A stretch of DNA of 64,000 bases from Selaginella moellendorffii (lineage: Eukaryota > Plantae > Lycopodiophyta), in assembly GCF_000143415.4 (NCBI RefSeq), contig NW_003314384.1, forward strand, positions 124,001 through 188,000. Direction: 5' to 3'. The stretch's first letter is position 1. Each line of letters starts with the position of its first letter. The notes beneath the pieces were generated by a model. It did not search any database and was not told where the DNA came from. It saw only the letters and a program-made list of their open reading frames with translations. A program made the translations under genes and the position numbers. Below are positions 61,782-64,000 of this stretch, in pieces.

Positions 61782-62753
61782 GGGAACACCGTCATACAAA
61801 GTTTGATCTTTTGGAATAGCAAGATAACCTCTTTTATTTCTTTGAGATTGTGAACTTTAGATATAGATCTTCTCCACTGCTCGCCCGCATTCATGGCGAG
61901 TGATGCGATGAAGGATCTCGCTCTCGTCGCGCGATCCTCGCCACGATGCCTTCCATTCTTTTGCCCTCCAGGCCTGGAATGTGAAGAAGCCACATATATA
62001 TACACCAATGCTTAATATTTTTATTTTTAAACATGAGGTTTGAACGACGGCAACATGGTACCCCTCCCTGAGTAAAAGTCAACTAGTAAATACTTCATGT
62101 CTATAGTTATTGATAAATGTTCCCAATTCTTCTTATACTCCACAACAAGAATTTTTACTGGCTGAAGTAGAACAAGAACGCTTTAATATAAAAAATCCTT
62201 GCTGATCATCCAACTCAAGGGTAAATTCTTTACTACCTTTTTCGTAATGCATGCATTAAACTACCACACACCCATTTTCCGGCTCTCTGTAAATTAATGC
62301 TGAGACATTGTCTAGTGTGTTATCCACATGACGAGATATTGCTGATGAATGCTTAATAATAAGCAAAAGAGAAAAAACATTTATTACAAATATTATTTAT
62401 TGATTGTATTTTATTTCCGTAAGTTCATATCTAAAGTTTTCCCCCAGCTTATAGTTTATTAAATTTTTGAGCTTTGTGTGAAAATTTGAAGTTTGAAACT
62501 ATCATATAAAGTGTAAGAAATACCGAAAAAATTTGATACTCATACGATGCACTTCGTGAAAATATCATTCACTTCTTCACCCCATTTAGGCCGGCCGTAC
62601 TTCCGGTAACACGATCCTAGATCAAGATCGAAAACTACCTGTGAACGGCTCCATAGTGCTTTAAATGAAATTCCATCCATCAACTTGGCAAATAAAGCTT
62701 TTTTGCAAAACTTCCGGCTCCAATCAGTGAAAAACCAGGTGCACTCTTCTCAG

Positions 62754-63218
62754 TGAGGAGGTTGATCACCACTTCTCGCGTATCTCCGGGGCTTCCGGTG
62801 GTAGACAAGGATTTTCACTGCGTTGGTGTTCTGTCCAGGAAGGATAGAACCAAAGGCTCTAGAGGGGTATGTATCACGATAGATTTGGCAAGGTTCTCTT
62901 CTATTCCTTCCAGTTCAAGATGCCTATTCGGGAAGTGATGAGCTCGCCTGCCATCACCTTATCTGCTGACAAAACTGTATCCGGTCAGTCTAGTTTCTTA
63001 GTAGAAAAAGAAAAGAAAGAGGAGTTAAATCTAACACCGATAGCACAGATGCTGCCATGTTCATGCTCAAGAGCAAGATCCATCGGATTCCTATCGTTAA
63101 CAACTCGGACCAAGTCAGTGGTAATGTGTTTTCCCGTCTCGATCTCGCTGAGCTCGTCAATTTTCCAGGCATTGTCACGAGAACTGATATCTTCACAGCA
63201 ATGGAGGGAGGATCTTAG
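62754..63218 (+). pseudogene. CBS-domain-pair protein, 3' exons only (no clear start)
   Basis: HHFSRISGLPVVD...VGVLSRKD / IREVMSSPAITLSADKTVS / DAAMFMLKSKIHRIPIVN / GIVTRTDIFTAM; 5' exons not found. Confidence 0.7.
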
Positions 63219-63247
63219 CGATGGAACTCCACAACTTACAAACCCAC

Positions 63248-63324
63248 GACATTGTGGCGACATTGACGATCAAAAGAACTTTGTCTCCGTATTTACTCAT
63301 GGAAACCTTCTTGCCGTGCTTGTC
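63248..63324 (-). pseudogene. GPX: Isolated glutathione peroxidase exon (77 nt), inverted relative to the rest of the gene
   Basis: cag|DKHGKKVSMSKYGDKVLLIVNVATM-TC|gt. Confidence 0.85.
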
Positions 63325-63424
63325 CTGTGAATCGATCAAAAAAGAAGAAACAAAAATGCAATGAGTTGGATGGTCTAACAACGATATCCCTGTGAATATG
63401 CTTTTCCAATGAAAGTATAGCTAA

Positions 63425-63497
63425 TCCGTTGTAGTCTAGTTGGTCAGGATACTCGGCTCTCACCCGAGAGACCTGGGTTCAAGTCCCGGCAACGGAA
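63425..63497 (+). tRNA. trnE-CTC: tRNA-Glu (CTC)
   Basis: TCCGTTGTAGTCTAGTTGGTCAGGATACTCGGCTCTCACCCGAGAGACCTGGGTTCAAGTCCCGGCAACGGAA; cloverleaf intact. Confidence 0.95.
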
Positions 63498-63594
63498 GAT
63501 TCTAGAACTGGAATCTGAAGCAGGAAATCAAAACTTTTTATTTATCCTCTTTGTTTTCTCGCTTCCATTCCAATTTCTCATTTGATCCATCCAG

Positions 63595-63980
63595 GGCGTG
63601 TTCTTCGAAAATGTACAAGGAGCTCAACGAGCTCCACGTAAAATACGTGGACGAAGGTCCGTTTGATCTTGTGTGTCTTTGCTCCAAGCTATAGCTGCGA
63701 ATGCAGTCGCGATTCACCAGGGCTAGAGATTCTGGCATTCCCGTGCAACCAATTCGCCGGGCAAGAGACACTCCAAGAGACGGTCTCGACTCGATTTGGG
63801 CCACACTTCCCACTCCTTGAAAGGGTACAAGAGGAATTTGATAGAAATCTCTCACTTCCATGGTGATGTTTGATCCACAGGTGGATGTAAATGGCCCAAG
63901 CACCGCAGTTCCTCAAGGAATTTCACGTTTGATCAATCGAACCGGTGGAATTTCTGGGAGATACGCTCCCCACATACCAC
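63595..63980 (+). pseudogene. GPX: Glutathione peroxidase 3' exons with deletions and frameshifts
   Basis: 62-nt exon (YKELNELHVKYVDE), then GLEILAFPCNQFAGQE and VDVNGPSTA, followed by frameshifted FLK / WNF / RYAP remnants. Confidence 0.85.
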
Positions 63981-64000
63981 AATACAAATTGGAGGTTAGC

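Noticed and set aside
63498-63540. Dicistronic tRNA-snoRNA after tRNA-Glu
   Set aside because: The trailer to the T-run is only ~38 nt with a small hairpin and CTGA but no C box; too short.

Overview
Eukaryotic, gene-dense plant nuclear DNA with very short (~50-70 nt) GT-AG introns and many intronless PLS-class PPR genes. This pattern best fits a lycophyte such as Selaginella (inference). The left arm (1-23.8 kb) carries a KLCR-type TPR gene (partial), a SWEET transporter, U2AF65, two tandem PLS-PPRs, a decayed F-box-type fragment between direct repeats, DXR, an alpha/beta hydrolase, a CASP-like gene, a PLS-PPR and a multi-exon gene resembling the fungal Yrb30/RanGTP-binding family. The centre (23.8-47.1 kb) is a nested transposon/pseudogene island. 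It holds an inverted PPR pseudogene carrying MITEs, a Ty3/Gypsy remnant interrupted by a solo LTR and a full-length hAT element, and a second solo LTR interrupted by a 7.5-kb LTR element with hexamer arrays. The right arm carries a PLS-PPR, tRNA-Cys(GCA), GDPD, a GPR107-like 7TM protein, a broken 2OG-Fe(II) oxygenase, a Raf-like kinase, a P-class PPR, a PLS-PPR with expanded L motifs, a CBS fragment, tRNA-Glu(CTC) and a scrambled GPX pseudogene. The most striking observation is that the PPR at 20240-21766 appears to be a cassette exon inside the Yrb30-like transcription unit: one leader can be spliced in frame to either ORF. Exon boundaries were read by eye and family calls come from recognised motifs, not database searches.
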